A stretch of DNA of 64,000 bases from Psammoneis japonica. Lineage: Eukaryota. Below the pieces are notes generated by a model. The model was not told the DNA's origin. It saw only the letters and a list, made by a program, of their open reading frames with translations, and did no database searches. The translations under genes were made by a program, and so were the position numbers. The DNA lies in assembly GCA_008632985.1 (NCBI GenBank), contig QPGO01000212.1:1-64000 (forward strand), written 5' to 3'. Shown here one piece after another: positions 23,233-35,900 of this stretch (position 1 is the first letter of the stretch; every line of letters begins with the position of its first letter).

Positions 23233-26213
23233 TCATGCATCGAGCATGGCAAGCATGCAGCACCCAGCCAAGGGCCTTGGTGAGGTCATCGCTGGGGTTG
23301 ACAATGCCAGGAACATGTCTTGGCAGGTCGAGTGAAGACGGTGGAGAATCGACGCAGCACGTGGGGATCCATCGCAGCATTGTCGCGATCGTCGCGTTCC
23401 ATCATGCTTGAGATCACACTGCCAATGCGGACGAAGGACTGTGGCATCCTTCGGACATTTAATTGGTGCACCAAACATCCCCAACTCATGAAATTGGTTG
23501 AGTTGTTTGAATTCACCCGCATGCCATTCGGGCCAGGTGTCCAATTTCTTGAGACGATGGCGAGTGAAAGCACCTGACCCTTGTTCCTCCGGAGCAATTG
23601 CATGAGAAGAAACAGTGCAAATGTTGACCACACCATTGTCGCAGTCGACATGAATTGGCGGAGGGACGTCATCATCGTCCACATCAGAAAAATCAATGTC
23701 AGGGTGACGGATGGCAGCAATGGCACGCATGTCAGCAGTGGCAATTTCTGGGACATGCTCATCATCAGGGTCAGGAGTCGGTGCATGGATGTTGTGTTCC
23801 ATCAGGGCACGTTGGAGAGCCTGGGAGTCCAATCGACATCCCGGCATGAATTCGATTTCAAAGTGAGTCTTGCCTGAATCACAGACTTGTTGAAAACGTT
23901 TGACAGCCTCCTCTGCCGTGAAGATGGGATGATCATCAATCGATGTGACACACGCACCCTTGGTCTTGTTGCGGGTGGCCTTCAAAGAAGAGAAAAGACG
24001 CACAGCAGGAGAACCACGCTTGATGTCAGAGACAACCACTCGCCAACAGAGATCGTCCGCAGCCAAGGAAAGTCCAAATGTCGGATCAGCAAATGGTCCC
24101 TTCATCGCACGCTTGATGGTCTTGGCAAAAGGATTCCCATGAAAGTGAAGCTCATCCATCGTAGATTCTTCAGTCTCGGCAGGCAAAGCCTTGCCATCTT
24201 GAGTGCGTTCCAAGTGAACCACATTCAGCGGAAGAGAGTCATGGGGCAGATCATTCATGCCCTCATCACAACGGATGTGCTTGGCAAGCTTGACACGTGA
24301 TGTCTCAGTGTCACACCAAAGGATGTTCTTGGCAGCATCCAGAAGATGGCCTGAGAACATTCCCTTGTGAGAGACAGACCGAAATTTTGCTGGGCGGTGA
24401 TTCGACGCACGCACCCACACTCGACAACCAAACGTGCAAAAGTTCTTGAAGTCATCCTTCCGACCAGCTGCACAGCAGCGAGAGCAATCGGAGCAGCAGG
24501 TTGTCCGCGGGATGGTGTGGCGTTGTTGATTTGAGTGAAATGATGAAAAGCATGGGGCCAGAATTTTGTGGGCAAATCGGCACCGATTGGCATCGCCCGG
24601 ATGGCGCTGGCAACAGTCAAATGACTGCGCTCCACTGGGCCACTCTGATTTGAAGCATCTTTTCCCGTAGGACGAATCACATGATGAAAGTCATCCTCGA
24701 AAAGTTGCTGAACTTCTGGGTTTTGATGCAATTCACCTCCTTGATCCACAAACACACACTTGTCTGGACATTTTGGCGAGTGCTCTTCCAGAAAGTGGCA
24801 AAGCCAATTCAGAGGGGTTGCCTTGGAGACCTGGGTTGCACCATGGAGATGCTTCGTTTTATGATCGCAGATGGTGATCCAACAAGTCTCGCCATTCAAC
24901 CCAACACAGTCTTTGGTGCACTCCGAGTTCTTGGACCGCAGGCCAGAGAAAGAAAAACCAACCGTGAGGCTTTGGCATGGTTGAGTGGCAGCAAGAGCAG
25001 TGTTTGGGCCGGCAGGTTCCTTCGTCTGCTTTGCTCGCATGCATGTGGGACAAGTGTCGAGAGGAGAAGTTCCGTGGGCAAACTTGGGGACGCCATCAAC
25101 ATGTTCATGGGCTTGACAAAGGCAGTGATCACTCGGATGACCAAGTTGCTGATGCCACAAAAGGCGTTCCATGTCAGCCTTGAGAGATTGCACAGGAATG
25201 TTCTTCTCTGCACACTTTTCAAAAGGGACATCTTGATGCACACGGGGGATCAACTTGCGTTCAGCACGAAGAGCATCATGTTGGTGAGTGCGATGCATTT
25301 CAATCATGTGCGCAGAAACCGCTTCACACTCATCGGCAAAGGAAGGGTCACTGGTCTTGAGGCGCTCAATGGATGCATCCAATTCATTGGCAGATTCTGG
25401 GAGGATGAGAGGGTGAGTGAAACATTTGCCATTGATCAATTTCCCATGGATGATGATGTCCTGATTCTTGCGCAATCGATGTCGTGCAACAAACTTGCAG
25501 GCACCGAGATCATGGAACTTGAGGATGCAGTCAACATTGCAATCTGCACGACGAGAACCATTTTGACGAAGGAGGAGTCGCTCATCGACCAATGTGGATT
25601 GGATCTGTGGGTGGCAGTGTGCATGGACCTCAACACAACCATCAGAGTTCTCTGCAGGGATGCGGAGACAGCCGAATCCAACTGGGACAGCTTGGTGGCC
25701 AAGGGCCGGATTGACAGCAAGGGGACAGGGATGGGACGGAGTGAAGTCTTGGTGTCGATGGAGGAGGTCACGGTCGCCTGCACACGCAATGTCAGCACCA
25801 GCATCCAACTGAGCACAACGTTCATTCGGAGCAAAATTTACCCCATTGACAGAACAAGTGGAGCGCAGCAGTTCCGGCTCAGGTGAGGGACTCGCTTGGT
25901 GTGGATCGATCGGAGCAACACAAACAGAATTGATGGCAGCAAAACCGTCTTCAACAGCCACATCATCGTAGGTGAGATCAACACACTCCTCAAAATCTGG
26001 TGTTTCTGGGTCTTCCCTCCCCTGTTCCAAAGGATCCGGAGCATGAGCAGCATTGACGGTGGCTTCTTGAGGAGCAGGGTCATCATCGGGCAATGTGTCA
26101 GTGTCAAATGACATCTTCGTGGAGGTGGAAGGGGTGGCATCCACATCAATCTGTGAGGAAAGAGGCACTTCAGCGGCAGATGATGAGATGGTTAGTCCCT
26201 CTTTCAAGGTCAT
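23233..26213 (-). pseudogene. Copia pol (protease, integrase, start of RT, end of RNase H), frameshifted
   Basis: LDAGA (protease), LWHQQLGH...CPTC (integrase zinc finger), VDQGGE and NQSGPVER (integrase core), GEFKQLNQF and RQCCDGS (RT start). It then jumps near 23330 to HVPGIVNPSDDLTK (RNase H end, in another frame). Confidence 0.88.
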
Positions 26214-26272
26214 CCCACTGACATTAGTCTTGTCTCAGTGAGGAGACAATGGGCAGCATCGGAGATCCGAAG

Positions 26273-28324
26273 CTAGCTGCGACGGCCCGATTGAAAATCT
26301 GAGGGTGGAGTGCGAGACGGGGGCGGATTTTCAGGATTGTCATGATGGGGTGGGAGCAACCCTTGGGGTCCTTGGAACTCAGAAGCATGCATGGCTGCTT
26401 CCCACTTTAAGAATTGACAAAAACGGATGTGGAATCCCTTGATGTACGGGTTGTTCTTCAGGACCGGACAGTCATCAAATAAATGCTCTCCAGAGCAGAC
26501 AAGACATGGTTTCTTGGAGGCTTCATTTGGAGCAACTTTCAGTTTATAGACTGAAGCCGAACATGCATGGTGAAGAATGCGATCTTCGTCCGTAGATGGG
26601 ATCTCGAGTTCGTGCAATTCATCGCAAAGAGTGTCAAAGGTGTCAGGAGGTGGAGACTCTGCACCAGGATCTTCAGTGGTAGAGGCATCGACTGGTTCAT
26701 GAAGGGGTGTCTCAGGGATCTGGAGAGAATTGACATTGATGGGTGTGCGTCGTGCATTGGCATCTGCTCGATTCCATGTACGGCATGGGTTGGATTGCGT
26801 CGTGCGAGTGGTGAGGGATGGACTGTCCGGTTGGTGGAGGAAATCAGAGAGAGTCTCAACAATCTGTGCATCCGTGCACTTCTTCTGCACAGCTGGAGAC
26901 TTCCGTTCATCTCTGGTGGCACGAGATAAGAACTTGGAGTGCTTGGCATTCTTGACAAAGACAGTCATCTCCTGTGGATCGTTCAACGTAGAGTCCGCAT
27001 CAAAAATGCAGGCACGCAGCTGCAGGAAATCATTGAAGATCATGTGGTGGTCCGTCAATGATTGATTGCCTTGGACAGGATGGGAATCAACGAGTCCAGC
27101 AGCATCGTGATCAAAGGCAGGATGATTCTTGTAGATGATCTGCTTGAGGGCCTTGCATCCGTTGCCGTAGCATGATGCAACAATCCGATGACATTTGCCA
27201 TTCTTGGGAAACACATCCGACTTGGACAGGATTTTGTGGAGAGAGCTCTGAGCTTCCTTGCAGTGGATGTACATGCGTTGAGGCAAGTCATCATCCTTGC
27301 CGTTTTCGATCTCAAAACCCTTCTCACCACCGTGGTCCTTAGCAAAACACCACAGGGGATGCATGCAGTGACCTGAATCAAAGGCATGACGTTGGAAATT
27401 TTGGCACCATGCTCGCATCCCAGGGGGAGAGTCGTCATGGCATACAGGAGGTTCCCTGAACAACATTTTCTGGTCAGGAGTCGAGCTCATGATGAAAAGG
27501 GTACTATCGTTGAGGATGATGCGATCGGATGCATCAATGCAGTGACGGAATCCATGGTCATAAGGGACGAGAGAGCTCTGAAGAGTGACTTTTCCGTCTT
27601 CGTTGCGGTCGTAGCGTGCACGAACATCTGGAGGAAGTGTGTTCGGATTGAAGAGGTATTTCGATGTTACGGAGGATGTGGCACTTCCAGATGTCTTAGC
27701 AGAAGCTGTAGAAGGCGGAGCGTGGCTCGACGCGCATGCATTGAGTGCATTGACTGAGTCATTCACAGTCAATGTAGCAGGTCCTGTGGTTTTCTGAGAA
27801 GAAGACGGAGGCTGCTGTTTCTTCTGGTGGGGCGCAAGAGAGAATTCGTTCCAATTACGATAGTTCCACATCATGTCCGGATCAACGTGTGTGTGTTGGG
27901 TGGAGATGAGAATGATCAAAGATTGCTCATTGTTCAGGAGATTCGTCTTGATCAGCTTTGACAAGACCGGAGTCGTCAAACGGACTGGACGAATTCTTTG
28001 AGAGTCAACAAGTCGGAACGGGGCTTGATCCATAATCGTCTTGATCGATTGCACATCTGTGGGATCAGCGGTGTAGGGTGGAAACGCTTCGTGGATGAAG
28101 CAATCACGAAGCATGTCCGCGAAATCTTTCTTGGGTTGCGCATGCTCTGGGTCATCAAAAAAAGGGTCAAGATCAGTTGTGGAGTCCGCACAAATCGCAC
28201 TCAGGCAATTGTGTGGATGTGGCATCGTTGCATGTGCCTCGAATTCGCAGCAGATCTCTGCAATGGACGGCAGAGCGGGCTTTGTGGTGTCGGAAGACGC
28301 CATGGTTTTAGTGGGTGGAGCCAT
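26273..28324 (-). CDS. Copia gag (683 aa)
   Basis: Long ORF just inside the 5' LTR with C-terminal zinc knuckle CLVCSGEHLFDDC. Confidence 0.8.
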   Translation of the reverse strand: MAPPTKTMASSDTTKPALPSIAEICCEFEAHATMPHPHNCLSAICADSTTDLDPFFDDPEHAQPKKDFADMLRDCFIHEAFPPYTADPTDVQSIKTIMDQAPFRLVDSQRIRPVRLTTPVLSKLIKTNLLNNEQSLIILISTQHTHVDPDMMWNYRNWNEFSLAPHQKKQQPPSSSQKTTGPATLTVNDSVNALNACASSHAPPSTASAKTSGSATSSVTSKYLFNPNTLPPDVRARYDRNEDGKVTLQSSLVPYDHGFRHCIDASDRIILNDSTLFIMSSTPDQKMLFREPPVCHDDSPPGMRAWCQNFQRHAFDSGHCMHPLWCFAKDHGGEKGFEIENGKDDDLPQRMYIHCKEAQSSLHKILSKSDVFPKNGKCHRIVASCYGNGCKALKQIIYKNHPAFDHDAAGLVDSHPVQGNQSLTDHHMIFNDFLQLRACIFDADSTLNDPQEMTVFVKNAKHSKFLSRATRDERKSPAVQKKCTDAQIVETLSDFLHQPDSPSLTTRTTQSNPCRTWNRADANARRTPINVNSLQIPETPLHEPVDASTTEDPGAESPPPDTFDTLCDELHELEIPSTDEDRILHHACSASVYKLKVAPNEASKKPCLVCSGEHLFDDCPVLKNNPYIKGFHIRFCQFLKWEAAMHASEFQGPQGLLPPHHDNPENPPPSRTPPSDFQSGRRS

Positions 28325-28502
28325 TTTTGGTCATGCACGCGCAGAAATCTGGCATGTTTCTACGACCGTGAAAAATGCCGGGAAAGCGAGATAAAAAGTT
28401 GTCTGATCAGACGATGAGGCTCGCTCAATCGGCTCACAAAACAAATGAATCGAAGTGGAAAGCTTGGCGCAGAGGTCTGTGGCACAGCGTGTGGCCACAA
28501 CC

Positions 28503-28698
28503 TGACAGAATGCCAAAGGTCAATGATGACAAAGGTGTGAAAGACTCCCCAAAGTGCCAGGACTGTGATGACACGAGTGCCAGTAGATGAGAAAGTGAGA
28601 AGCAGATCTCAGAGAGATCTGCTCGTCTGTCCAAATGGTCCAGCCATCATCCGTGTCCAGTCTGTCCATCATGCGACATGCAGATGAGTGGGCTGACA
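28503..28698 (-). repeat. 5' LTR of Copia element
   Basis: Homologous to 22847-23042. Confidence 0.92.
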
Positions 28699-29899
28699 AA
28701 CACTGTCACACCAAGAGCAGCCCAAGTCATGATGAGGAGAGTGGGGCTCAATGCCACATGCCTTGCAGGCAGGAATGAGCACATGACATGAAATCGCAAA
28801 ACTGGTGCAACTGCCACTGGCATTGATGGCATTGCTCTGGCCATCACAATCTTACGATGGCAGCCAAAGAATGCCGGGTGACAAATGATCTTGGCAACAC
28901 AACCAAATTGATGTTCGATTGCCAGCCTGTTGCTGCAGTGATGGAGGCATGTGTCCAGGTGTTGACAGTGGGCAACTGGGGCCACATCTGCATGAGAACA
29001 AGCACAGCAATTCCCATTGAATGAGAAAGAGAGAAACTGAGATTTTGTGGACAAGTGGGTTGTTGACTGCATGTGGACATGCACTGCTGTCAAACAAAAC
29101 ATTGCTCCATTTTGGCAATGGCTGAAGACGTTGGAGAGGGATGGCATCAGATGACAAGGGAAAATTGTCAATCTGGCTGTGGTTGAACAAAGAAGATAGA
29201 TTGAACAAATTTCTTGTGAACAAAAACATGTGTTCTTGGAAGCAAATTTTAAAACCACGTGGATCTGAATTTGCACCAGAAAACAAGATTGAATGGTCAA
29301 CTCAGTTTTGAAAAAAAGGCATGGAGTTGGAAGATTTTTTTTTTAACTGTGTGCAACTGCACCTGCATGTGTGAATGGCTCACAATGGGATGCAATTCAA
29401 AACAGTGGAAGATTTTGAAAAATTCAAATGTTGAGTTGCAAATGTGCACTCAAATTTGACACAAGTGCAAGTTTGAATCAATCTTGGAGAAGAGAGCAAT
29501 GGCACACTTGAGAAGATCAATGCAAAACTCATTCGCATTGTGACTTCTTGTGTCACAAACTAGAAGGAAAACAGCAAAACACCAGAACCGCCACATGGGG
29601 CAGGAAAGAAAATGGCAGAGTCAGTTGTCACATGTGCAAGATGGTGGGAGCGTGATGTCAAGCGGCAAGTGAGGTTGGAGGGCAGAAGAGTGAACAACAG
29701 CAGTTGTGACATTTGGCTGTGGCTGGCCGTTTTTGCATTCTCCACAGTTGCCATGAGCCCGACTGTGGCAGGACTTTTCAGCACACAAACCAACAAGCAT
29801 GGGGAACTCAACCAACTCCAGTTAGCCAGCAGAGACTCAAGTTTGGTTGTGACTCCAATGGAGGGATTTCATGCATTGGATTGAGCTCCAGCAGTTGGA

Positions 29900-30760
29900 C
29901 AGAAATTGATGGGGTTGATGTTGATGAAGGTGGTCAATGAAAGTGTGTGGTGGTGTTGCAAGTTCACAGTCTTTGACAAGAAACCAGCTGCAGGAGGAGT
30001 GCACATGAAGTTGGTCACACAGGAGTTGAGGAGCATGGCATCTTTGCTGGAGGCATTCTGGGATGAATGCAAAGAGGTGTTCAGGGAAAAACTCAACCAC
30101 AAAAGGAACAATGTGCAGGACAATGTAAGGAGGAGGATGACAGGTGAGCAAAAAAGTGCAGGCATTTGCCAGTCATGTGCGGGATTGTCTGACAAGTTGA
30201 GCATCAAATCCTTTGTTTTTGTCAATGCAGTTGCTGCTTTGGAGGGGTGACTGTTTTGGCATGAAGATGTGATCAAGGGCAGGGTGGACAAAGAAACGTG
30301 CAAGTGGTTCTTGGAAACGGTGGTGCCGACTGTGGTGGGCCAAGCGCATCTTGGCAGAAGCACAACAGATTTGCTCGGAGAGTGGCTCACCCTGTCATTG
30401 GAGGCCTTTGCTCTGCTGGCACACTTGGGCTGCTGTGACAGGGTGGTCGACACAGCAGTGCAGCTGGAGAATGATGATGATTGCCAGGCACAGAAAGCTG
30501 ACAGCAGAAGATGCCAAACCAGCAAAGTCGACGGTGCAGAAAGAGGGGGAGTTGGCCAAGAGGAGCCAAGGATGGAGCAAGGGTGGAATCAACAAGTGCA
30601 ATGAACTGCATGGGTGGGAGGCAAAAACAGAAAGGAGAACAAAGGATTCAGTGTGTGATTCAAGGAATGGAGGGGACAGAAGGCAAGCTTGTCACAGGAG
30701 GCAGAGAAGAAGCACAAGAGAGAGGAGAAGAGGGAGGAGAGAGAGGGTGGATGGGCCACT
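29900..30760 (+). pseudogene. Decayed ORF, probably TE-associated
   Basis: Protein-like fragments KWFLETVVPTVVG...LTLSLEAFALL and QGWSKGGINKCNEL across frameshifts. Family not established. Confidence 0.3.
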
Positions 30761-31189
30761 CTGATGGGAGAGGACCTGCCCTTGCAGCCAGTGGCAGCCA
30801 GCAATGGTGCAGAAGTAATTGCAGCCATGGCAACAAACCAAACTGGTGTGTGAACGTAAATTGCAGCAAACAACCAAGTCCAGATTAAGACAAAAAAAAG
30901 AGGCAAACTGCAAGGCAACTGGCAGTCAATGACAAACGGCAGTTGCAAAATTTGCTTTTAATGCAACAAGGCAAGGAAACAAAATGCAGAAAGAAGTTGC
31001 GGGTGCAGAGGGTGGATTGCAGGTGGAAAGAGATGTGATGAAGGTGCAAGGAACAGCAAATGATGAAATGGGTTGAGAACAAAATTGTGGGCAAGAATGT
31101 TCATGCTTCAAGGTGGGGTGGAAAACAGAATCCAGAAGCTTGTAAACTCAATTAGTTTTCAACTGGCATTTGAGGGAAGACTTGGCTCA

Positions 31190-32300
31190 TGAGCCCACAA
31201 TTGTCTGGGGTTGGAGTCAAGAAATGTCCAGACAGTGACAGGCGGTCAGACCCAGATTGTTGGTGTCCCAGATGGAGTGGCACTCCTGATCCAAGTGCAA
31301 TGACAGAAAGCACATGGCCAAAACTTGATTGGCACAAACCATGGGCCAGCTCTGATGAGCATTGCCTGGATGGCATGCCAAACATCATGTTCAAAAAGTC
31401 TTTGCACTGCTGCTGGATTTCTGTGCGGTTCGCCACCTTGATCCACAAACACATGTTTGTCTTGACATTTTGGCAAGTGGTCTTCCAAAAATCAGCAAAT
31501 CCATTTAATCTGAGTGGCCTTGGAGATGCAAACAGAACCATGGAGATGATGAGTGCAGTGGTCATGCAAGAGAATCCAACAAGTCTTGCAGTTGAGGCCA
31601 ACACAACCTGCAACACATTCTTCATTCTTTGACTTGACACCAGAGAATGTGAAGTCCACCATGAAACCTTGGCAGGGCTGAGTTGCAGTGTGTGTGAAGT
31701 TGAGACCAGCAGGGCACTTTGTCTGTTTTGCTTGAATGCAAGTGGGGCAAGTGTCCAAAGGAGAAGTGCCGTGAGTGAACTTTGGAATGCCCTTGAAGTG
31801 CTTGCCAGAATTGCACAGGCAATGATTGCTGGGACGGCCAAGACGTTGACACCAAAGTGAGCATTCTGCACCAGCCTTGAGGGCTGGTCCAGCACTTGAT
31901 CATTGAAGTGAGTCTCAAAGGGGGTGTCTTGACATGCAGGGGATGCCCTGCCGTTCATCAAATGACGTGCAACAACCAAACTGTGCCAAGCACTTGCACC
32001 TGTCAGTGCAAGTTCAAATGATGTCGACATGCATGGGGACAGTGTTGTGGTGACAAGAAAACTCAAATGCCTTTGATGGCAAGAATGACATGATTTGCAT
32101 CACTGCACATTGTGACAGAGCCAAGCATTGTGGACAAACTCTGTTTTTGGCACCTGTTGTTTTGAGCAACACAAGTGCATGCACACAGAATTCTGCAGTG
32201 CGACCCTGGCACACTGTCTGTCTGGCATCTCCAAGAGTCCATGAGGCAACCCGGGCATGTGGAGCAAGCACAGTGTGGTCAGTGCACAGACTCACGATGG
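31190..32300 (-). mobile_element. Older Copia integrase remnant related to the 22847-28698 element
   Basis: DTCPTCIQAKQTK...VDFTFSGVKSKN...VFVDQGGE...KFWP parallels the pol at 24.5-25.6 kb but is more decayed. Confidence 0.8.
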
Positions 32301-32990
32301 AGAGTGATTCAACTCAATGACATTTGTCGAAAGTCCAAAGCACCTTGCTGCCACAGCCACAGTTGCTGAATCATTGCTCACCCACTCATCCTTTGGAATT
32401 GAGAAAAACAAGCAAACAACAGCCAGTCTGACCCAAACTCCACATTGTTCACTTTACGACAACCGCAGCATTGCTTCATTCATTTGAGTCAAAAATGTCA
32501 AATGACAACAATGGCAGCACAGCACTGGCAGACAGTGCTCCAACTCATCACACTGACAACAGAGCACCCCCGCCACAGTTGGCATTTGTGTTGGGTAATC
32601 ATCATGGTGTCTGAAGCTGTGTTTGCAAGAATTCACGTGGAGAGTTTCCCCAAACAGGAAGAGCACATGACCTCCACATTTTGCTAAAGCTGGCTGAGCT
32701 GTGCAGCCTTTGAGAGACCAAGATGTGCCTGGCATGTGGTTGCAGTGGAAGCGAGCAAAAGACAATGAGCTTCCATGCCTTCCTGAGTGCCAGCAACCAG
32801 CAACACATGTGAGCTGCAGCTTGAAAAAGACCACATGGGACCTTGGTGCAAGTGCCTTGCAGCCGATTGGCACCACCAAGAGACAATCAAGCAACAGGGC
32901 ATGTTGTCTGCCAAAGAGCAGCCATCAATGCCAAAAGAGTCAGAAGAGCATGTGGCGTGAGAGCTCTGCTTTGACAGCACTCTGTGGAAG

Positions 32991-35900
32991 AAGCTGTGGA
33001 GCAATCCACCATCCCACGCCTTGATGGCAAGCCAGCCCTCTTGTCTTGTTGCCCCTCATCCCCCCTGGATTCATGCACCAGCTGCAGATCCCACTTGCAG
33101 CTGCACAAGGACACCAACTGGGAGTGTCAGATGCTGCTGCTGCTTGGGTGCAGCAGCATCAGCAGCCAGTGCCCTGAGCATGGTGGTGCAGGCTGGCGGT
33201 GTGTGTGTCCAGGGAAATGCCAGCACCAGCTCCCGTGACAACAAAGCCAACACCAGCTCCAGAGGCAATGCTGCCAGCAACCACAATGAGGGCAATGCCA
33301 ACCCCAACGATGGACCTGGCAACAGCTCTTGCAGCCAAAGCACTGCTGCTGCCAACTCACGCAGCAGCCATGACAACTCTCACAGCAGCAGCAACAGCGG
33401 CAGCAGCAGCGGTGCCAGAGCCAAATGTGGGTTGCCAGTTTCTGGAGCCACATGAGTGCTCTGCAATGCCCTCACAGTGTTTGCGAAATGTGGCAAAGTT
33501 CACGTTCATCCAGTTGCCATTTTTAGCCTGGACACTGTGAACGAACAGCTTGGTGAGAAAACTCACACAAGTGAACATGGTCACTTTGTCATCTGGACTC
33601 TGAATCAAGCTGCAAAGAATTGCAGCATTGCATCTGGTTTGCTCCATCTGTGGCAAGCGTTTGGCCCTCCATTGCTGCCGCCACCATTGAATGCGATCAT
33701 TTTTGAGACTGCAGTGCTCCACACAAACTTTTGTGGTGACACATGTGCCCAACTGCCCAAACTTCATTTCTGCTTTTTTTGTTCTGCCGACACCTGAACG
33801 ATTTTTTCTTTGCCAAATTCATTTGGATGGGTGGCGGGTCCTGCACCACGGTTCTTCCAGTCATTGATGTCTCCTTTTATGACTTGCTGCTGTTCTTCCT
33901 TTTCTTGTTTTCTGCCACCTCCCTTGCCTTTGCTTCCTTCTCCTCCTTCTCCTTCTTCCTCTCCTCTGCTGCAATTTTCTTCCTCCTTGCATTTTTTTCA
34001 CCTTTTCTGCTGCGCCATCTCCTTGCACCTCCTGGCATCCACCTTTGTGTGGCAATCCGGCATGTCTTGAACAGCTCCTTTCATCACAGCCCTTTTTGGT
34101 GGTTTTGATGGGGTTTTCATGGCGTGGCTGAAACTTTGGCAGCAGCCACAGCATTTGAAGGGTTGTCACAATCTTGATTTGCAAACTCCGCTTCAGAGGA
34201 TGAGGAATCAAAATCCACACTTAACTTCTTTTTGTTTGCATCACTTCTCTTCACATGTGTGGGCTTGATGTTTTTGCTGCTGTTGCTGTTGTTTCTGCTT
34301 TGAAAGAATCCATCATCTGAGTCAGATTCACTCTGCGACACTGCCAATGATTCAATGCTGGGCTCCGTGTTTTTGGTGTCCTCTTCTGCCTGGTGCTCTG
34401 GATGCACAGCGGACAGTTCCTCTTCAGCTGCTTCATTGTTTGCCTGCCCCCCCTGATGCTTGTCATTCCCCTCTGACTTTCTGTCTTTGTAAGAAGTTGC
34501 TTTGTTGTCTGGTGGCTTGCCGTTGTCCCCCTCGCCCCCCTCATCAGAAGAATCTTTCTTCTGTTGCTTTGTCATCATCATCTTCATTGTTGTTGTTGTC
34601 ATTGGTTTCCTCGTTGTCCTCCTCCAGTGCCTCCTCCTCCTCCTCCTTCTTTTTCTTCTATTCATCTTCCTTCTCTTCCTTGTTCTCTTCCTTTCCATGA
34701 CACACAGTGGGGTCACTCGCTGCATCCTTGCAGTCTTGTTGTGTGCCCCCATCTTCATGCTGCAGATGTCCCAAAGGGTTGGGGTCAGGGTCAGGGTCAG
34801 GGTCAGGGTTGTGGGTTGGGGTTCAGGCAGTGGGCAAAGGCCAAAAGGCAAGGCCAAAGCAAAAGCAAAGCTAAGAAGGGAAAAGGAAATGGGAAAGGGG
34901 AAATGGGAATGAAATGCAAAACTGAAATCAGATGCAAAATAAATTTTGGTGAATGTTTGTAAAAATGAAAGAGAGAAATAAAATGCAGAAATGAAATGCA
35001 CTGTGATTGATGCAGATGGAGATTGCAGCAAAGCAAGCAAGGAAGACACTTCAGAGAGGAGCTGACAAGTGTGAAACAACAGAAGAGTTGTCGTTGGTTT
35101 GAAGGATGGCGTTGTTGAGCTGCTGTTGGTTGGTGTCACCAAATGTTTCCATGGCTTGATGACAGAAAGCCAGAGCTTTACAGCGTTCCTGATTGAGTGG
35201 CTCAGGAATGACATCATCCAGGCAGATGAAAAGCCTGAAGTGATGGAAGTGATTGAGGAATCTCATGCCAAGCTCAGCTGTGGTGACAGAGCTTGCTTCT
35301 TCTGGAGAGATCCCAATGGAGAGACTGGTGTGAAAGAGATCTTCAAGGTGTGCTGAGTTTTCAGATCCAACAGAGAAGCTGTCCAGGGCGTCCAACTCTG
35401 CGATGTCACCATGAAATTGACCAGAGACAAAATTGCTGAGGGATGAAGCAGGGAAGAAGTGCCCTGCAGGGCCATGAAGGAAGTTTGTCTCAGTGTTTCC
35501 AATGAGAGATGACCTGATGACAGAACAAGGAATGGAGTGGACCACTCCCTGTTTGCAGGTTTCAAGACAAAGCTCGAATGGAAAGTCATGCTTCAAAGGG
35601 TGTTTTGCTTCAGACTGCCAAAATGAATGAAAGAAAGCAAAGAGCTTGGCTTTGGAAGAAGAGTGTGGGCAAAGCTTTCTCTGTTTCTTGCAGAGCTTGC
35701 TGAAGCAAGAGGAGCAATTTTTCCTCATCTTCCTGTCCCACCCAACAGTGTGGACACAATCCATCCATGACATGGAAGATGTTGGTGGCCATGGCTGTTG
35801 TTGTTGCCTCAGTGTCCTGAGAGAGAAAAATGCAGAAGTGAGGGTGAGCTGGAAATGTGGGTGTGTGCATCTGACAGTTTTATCCTTTTCGTGCTGTGTT

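Larger units (their letters stand above)
22847..28698 (-). mobile_element. Ty1/Copia LTR retrotransposon with both LTRs, 5 bp TSD AACAC and an internal RT/RNase H deletion
   Basis: 196 bp TG...CA LTRs at both ends. AACAC at 22842-22846 and 28699-28703. PPT-like gggcaggg next to the 3' LTR and PBS-like ggttgtggcc next to the 5' LTR. Domain order gag-PR-IN-RT. Confidence 0.93.

Noticed and set aside
25486..25886. Long antisense ORF (24681-25886) opposite Copia pol
   Set aside because: Shadow ORF favoured by stop-codon depletion; no motifs.
34117..35217. 366 aa ORF present twice (also 42655-43755)
   Set aside because: Low-complexity read-through across simple repeats; it occurs twice only because of the 4 kb duplication.
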